In this document: positions 60,977 through 64,000 of the stretch, one piece after another
Numbering within the stretch: the first letter of the stretch is position 1
Layout of the letters: every line of letters starts with the position of its first letter
Assembly: GCA_041623325.1 (NCBI GenBank)
Contig: JBFJXC010000001.1
Coordinates: 1,456-65,455, forward strand
DNA from: Lentisphaeria bacterium
Lineage (GTDB): Bacteria > Verrucomicrobiota > Lentisphaeria > Oligosphaerales > JBFJXC01
Direction of reading: 5' to 3'
Length of the DNA stretch: 64,000 nucleotides
Translations under genes and position numbers: made by a program
Notes under the pieces: model-generated
The model's input: the letters and a program-made list of their open reading frames with translations, nothing else
Databases searched by the model: none
What the model was told of the DNA's origin: nothing

Positions 60977-62624
60977 GCGATGCGCTCACTCGTAGTTGGT
61001 GGTTGATAATCTCGGAATGCTTGCCGCGCCTCTGCACGGTGATCGACTCGGTCACGGCCTTGATCCGCTGGCCCGTGAAAAGGTTGTACGCCGCTGCGTC
61101 AACGGTGATACTGGCGGCCTCGGCCCGACCGAAGCGGCTGGCCCACCAGGCCCGCGCCTTGGTTTCCGCGAAGCCGCCGTGGTCCAGGCACACCCACTCG
61201 CGGATCGTGGACAGCCCGCAGCGGTACTGCACCCGGAGGCTATCCGGCTTGCCCGGCTTTCGGTGCCGATGCACCGTCACGTTGTCCACCGCCAGGGTCT
61301 CCGGTTCGCTGCCCAGAATTGCCATTTGTGCGGCCTCGGCCTCATGCATGCGCTTTTCGCGCTCCTCGGCCTCGGCCCGCTCGATCTCTTCCTTCGGAAT
61401 CTCCCAGTTGCAATGCGGACAGACCCGGGCGGCCCGGCTGAACACGTCCCCGCATTCTCCGCAGGTGGCAAGCTTTATCTCGCCTTCGTCGATGCAGTCG
61501 ATCGGCCCGTGACTCTCGATGCAATGCGCGTAGTCCAGCACCAGGCAATCCTCTTTGGCCGGATGCAGGCGCAGACCCCGCCCGACCATCTGCACATAGA
61601 GCCCGGCGGAAAGCGTCGGGCGCAGCAGCACCACGCAGTCCACCCGCTTGGCGTTGAACCCCTCGGTGTAGACGTTGACGTTGCAGATCGCCCGGTAGCC
61701 GCCCGCCTTGAAGCGCTCCGCGATCCGGTCCCGCTCGGCAACCGGCGTCTTGCCGGTCACGCACGGGGCCTCGATCCCGTACTTGCGCAGCTCCAGGCTC
61801 ACGTCCTTGCAGTGCTTCACGTCCACACAGAAAAACACGATGCTCTTACGCTGCTCGGCATTGATGATTTGCATCGCCGACCGTACCGCATCCCGGACGA
61901 TCTTGGGCGTGTCCACCGCATTGGCAAGACTTTTGACGACGTAGTCGCCGCCCGAATTGCGCTTAACCTGCGTCATATCCGGCTGCACGTCCCCGACCTT
62001 GCTGCGCAGGGCGCACAAGTAGCCGTCGCGGATCAGGTCGCCCACGTTCGCGTCATAGCAGACCTCATGCAGGATGTGGTCAGGGTGGCAGATCGGCCCG
62101 CAGCCCATGCGGTAGGGCGTGGCCGTGAAACCGACCACCCGCAAGGCCGGGTTGCACTTGCGACAGCCCGCTATGAACTGCCGGTACTTGCCTTCCCCCT
62201 TGGCCGGGATGCGGTGCGCCTCGTCGATGATCAGCACGTCGAACGGCGGGAACTCCCCCCATTTGTTATAGATGCTGTCGATGCTGGCGTAGGTGATCGA
62301 GTTGTCCAGGTTCCGCTTTCGCAGTCCCGCCGAATAGACGCCGATGTCCCCGCCCGGCCAGAGCCCGGCCAGTTCGGCGGCATTCTGCTGGACCAGCTCC
62401 TTGCGGTGGGCCAGAATGCAGGCGCGGAACGGCGGATAGTCCCGCTTCCAGCGCTGGATCGCCCAGGCCATGATGATAGACTTGCCGCCCCCGGTCGGGA
62501 TCACCACGCAGGGGTTCGATCGCTTGGTGCGGATGTGCTCGTCCAGGGCGTCCAGCGCCTCGGACTGGTAGGGCCGGGGCGTGATGGCCCCGGCCTCCAC
62601 TGGCGGCGGTGCGAAGAGGCTCAT
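60954..62624 (-). CDS. SF2 DEAD/DEAH-box helicase with zinc ribbon
   Basis: Motif I VIPTGGGKS, motif II LIIDEAHR, FTATP, VLLRPTLSAGLYVQMVGRGLR. Zinc ribbon CGECGDVFSRAARVCPHCNWEIP. Confidence 0.9.
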   Translation of the reverse strand: MSLFAPPPVEAGAITPRPYQSEALDALDEHIRTKRSNPCVVIPTGGGKSIIMAWAIQRWKRDYPPFRACILAHRKELVQQNAAELAGLWPGGDIGVYSAGLRKRNLDNSITYASIDSIYNKWGEFPPFDVLIIDEAHRIPAKGEGKYRQFIAGCRKCNPALRVVGFTATPYRMGCGPICHPDHILHEVCYDANVGDLIRDGYLCALRSKVGDVQPDMTQVKRNSGGDYVVKSLANAVDTPKIVRDAVRSAMQIINAEQRKSIVFFCVDVKHCKDVSLELRKYGIEAPCVTGKTPVAERDRIAERFKAGGYRAICNVNVYTEGFNAKRVDCVVLLRPTLSAGLYVQMVGRGLRLHPAKEDCLVLDYAHCIESHGPIDCIDEGEIKLATCGECGDVFSRAARVCPHCNWEIPKEEIERAEAEEREKRMHEAEAAQMAILGSEPETLAVDNVTVHRHRKPGKPDSLRVQYRCGLSTIREWVCLDHGGFAETKARAWWASRFGRAEAASITVDAAAYNLFTGQRIKAVTESITVQRRGKHSEIINHQLRVSASHATVTTN

Positions 62625-62785
62625 GGCTTCACCTCCACCTCCAGGAATTCGCGCTTGCCGTCGCGAGTCGTCGCGATCCTCGCCTTCAGCCCGTGTCTTG
62701 CCAGCCGGATAATTTCCAGCCTCATCCAGCAGGTCTCTTTACCAATCGGAAATTCTTTGCTAAACGGTTCGTAGATAATATCCAT
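62621..62785 (-). CDS. Small hypothetical protein (54 aa)
   Basis: TAATG coupling at 62785 and ATGA coupling to the helicase at 62621-62624. MDIIYEPFSKEFPIGKETCWMRLEIIRLARHG... Confidence 0.45.
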   Translation of the reverse strand: MDIIYEPFSKEFPIGKETCWMRLEIIRLARHGLKARIATTRDGKREFLEVEVKP

Positions 62786-62970
62786 TAGGCTTTCCTTTTC
62801 ATCTCGGACAGTTCCTCCAGGTAGTCCCGGAAGCGCTCGCGCTGCCAGACCACCCGGTCCGCGTCGTGGGGAGCCGCGTTGCCGGTCAGGTCGCCCCACC
62901 GCGCCAGCAGCCCGTGATAACTGGCCAGTTCGCGCAGCGTCGTCTCCAGGTTGTTTAGTTTTTTGGCCAT
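62785..62970 (-). CDS. Small hypothetical protein (61 aa)
   Basis: TAATG coupling at 62970. MAKKLNNLETTLRELASYHGLLARWG... These are the only credible codons of the tracked 228-aa ORF. Confidence 0.45.
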   Translation of the reverse strand: MAKKLNNLETTLRELASYHGLLARWGDLTGNAAPHDADRVVWQRERFRDYLEELSEMKRKA

Positions 62971-64000
62971 TATTCCTTCCCTCTCCAGATCGCGGCATGG
63001 TTGTCGGCGAGGTAGATCACGGCAAGCAAGCCATGGTCGCCGTATTCGTACGCGGCCCAGGCGTCCGTCTTCTCGCTGGCGGTCGGCTGGATGTGCGGCC
63101 CGATGTCGGCCTCGCTCTCCAGGGCGTCGCCCATGTCCTCCGGCTTGCCATTCCAGATCATTTCCGAATCCTGCCAGGGGTAGCGGTCGATCAGGCTCAG
63201 GTCGTCGGAAATGCCGAAGTCGGGGCAGGGTGCTTCTTTCCGGCCCTCCAGCGGCCCGCCTCCGGCGATCAGCTCTTCCGTGCTCCAGGTTCCACCCGAG
63301 CCGTCCCCGTGCCGCCAGACCGCGCCGTCGCTGCAGTTGGTGAACTCGATCCAGCCGTCCCCGGCGTCCGTGGCCTCGGCGAAGTTGACCAGACCGGGCA
63401 AAATAAGGTGACGGTGGCACGCGGTCCGCTGTAGTTCCTCCGGCAGATTGAAATCGTTGATCGCCGCGCAACTCCAGCGGGCCTCAGCGCCGTCCTGGTC
63501 GATCTCCGGTGTGGCGTGGCAGCAAGTCCGGCAGGTCTTGCCGGGCAGCGGCACGGCCACCTCGCCGGTCCCCCAGCATAAATCTTTGGCATCGCAGAAC
63601 CGGCAGCGGAAGTCATCGCGGCGGCCAGTGATCCGCTCCGGCGGCTGCTGGGCCCGGATGATCCGCTCGGCCCGGTCCATCAGCCGCCGGAACTCGGCGG
63701 CATCGTAGCGGATGCGTTCGGCATACAGCTCGTCCGTGTCCTTGTTCGCGGCCAGATACAGGGCGCGGCTCATGCCCGTGTGCCCCATGTACACCATCAT
63801 CTGGGCGTAATGCATGGGTTTGCTGGCGCGGACTCCCTCTTTTTTTAGCTTGGCGAAGGATTTCGCATTGTGGGTCTTGAACTCCAGCACGTGCCAGGTC
63901 GCCGGGGCCTCGGGGATACCGACTGCGCAGCCGTCCATGTGTCCGGAAAAGTGCCCGCCCAGGGCCAGCACCTCGAACTGCTTCCCGGTCGCCGGGTCCA
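62970..64000 (-). CDS. PD-(D/E)XK nuclease (RecB/Cas4-like) with Cys cluster and extra C-terminal domain; N-terminus beyond the window
   Basis: The frame stays open to the window edge (DPATGKQFEVLALGGH...). GHMDG ... HVLEFKT (D...ExK) ... YAQMMVYM. Cys motifs CRFCDAKDLC and CRTCCH. Confidence 0.75.
   Translation of the reverse strand, partial: DPATGKQFEVLALGGHFSGHMDGCAVGIPEAPATWHVLEFKTHNAKSFAKLKKEGVRASKPMHYAQMMVYMGHTGMSRALYLAANKDTDELYAERIRYDAAEFRRLMDRAERIIRAQQPPERITGRRDDFRCRFCDAKDLCWGTGEVAVPLPGKTCRTCCHATPEIDQDGAEARWSCAAINDFNLPEELQRTACHRHLILPGLVNFAEATDAGDGWIEFTNCSDGAVWRHGDGSGGTWSTEELIAGGGPLEGRKEAPCPDFGISDDLSLIDRYPWQDSEMIWNGKPEDMGDALESEADIGPHIQPTASEKTDAWAAYEYGDHGLLAVIYLADNHAAIWRGKE

Larger units (their letters stand above)
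30481..64000 (-). mobile_element. Prophage (podovirus-like gene set) abutting the tRNA-Thr 3' end; continues past the window edge
   Basis: Uninterrupted minus-strand array of replication, packaging, head, fibre and internal-virion genes. It begins right after the tRNA with an AT-rich non-coding arm. No integrase or second att copy is in the window. Confidence 0.9.

Noticed and set aside
34927-62774. Very long plus-strand ORFs across the prophage (34927-37272, 37543-39270, 39961-41256, 41637-43283, 46993-48726, 51447-53153, 53122-54831, 59468-60967, 60996-62774).
   Set aside because: These are antisense shadow frames typical of high-GC DNA. Their translations are Gly/Arg/Ala/Val/Pro low-complexity with no motifs. 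The minus-strand partners carry clear terminase, portal, helicase, Prim-Pol and similar signatures, plus SD sequences and coupled stops and starts.
62785-63471. 228-aa minus-strand ORF overlapping the nuclease gene.
   Set aside because: The first ~167 codons are an Arg/Gly-rich alternate frame of the nuclease CDS. Only the last 61 codons, from ATG 62970, lie in otherwise uncoded DNA.
30481-64000. Search for integrase, excisionase, CI/Cro-type repressor, transposase or toxin-antitoxin pairs inside the visible prophage.
   Set aside because: None of the minus- or plus-strand ORFs shows tyrosine/serine recombinase, DDE or classic repressor signatures. The lysogeny module is presumably beyond nt 64000, so no such feature is reported.

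Overview
High-GC bacterial segment (genes look about 60-70% GC by eye) that splits at a tRNA-Thr(CGU) gene at 30405-30480.

LEFT PART (1-30.4 kb): ordinary chromosome.
- A DUF547 / TVP38 / mercuric-reductase-like flavoprotein / fatty-acid-hydroxylase group.
- A transglutaminase-like lipoprotein and a YyaL-type thioredoxin-domain protein.
- A fused TIGR04282-TIGR04283-type glycosyltransferase, followed by a radical-SAM/Cys-rich protein and an Fe-S aldo-keto reductase. This neighbourhood type is now linked to arsenosugar synthesis.
- A GH5 glycosidase plus a stand-alone paralogue of its N-terminal sugar-binding module.
- A GntR/sugar-binding regulator, a nitroreductase-DUF523/DUF1722 pair and prmC.
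- An FAD-oxidoreductase / SDR / old-yellow-enzyme operon with an XRE-cupin regulator.
- thiE, a secreted LIM-finger/DA1-like metalloprotease, pcm, and a membrane-embedded spermidine-synthase-like protein.
- Several intergenic regions carry related repeat elements.

RIGHT PART (30481 to the window edge, more than 33.5 kb): a prophage abutting the tRNA 3' end. Every gene is on the minus strand and most are translationally coupled (ATGA / TAATG / GTGA overlaps). In order of transcription:
- Replication module: PD-(D/E)XK nuclease, SF2 helicase, primase-polymerase, RusA.
- A 260-bp AT-rich array of 16 GTTATAC-type iterons.
- Small regulators.
- A low-GC two-gene islet with a DUF2829/Tad2-like protein.
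- TerL, portal, scaffold, capsid, adaptor-like paralogues and a fibre.
- Internal-virion-type proteins, including a 2,222-aa polyvalent protein with two HExxH motifs and a RadC/JAB motif.
- A compositionally mosaic LamG-repeat receptor-binding protein, a DUF1353 protein and a small membrane protein.

There is no tape measure, tube or sheath gene, so the virion looks podovirus-like. The integrase, the repressor, the second att site and a recognisable endolysin are not in the window.

Most interesting: the giant polyvalent virion protein, the Tad2-like islet and the iteron array.

All family assignments come from motif recognition by eye. No searches were run.
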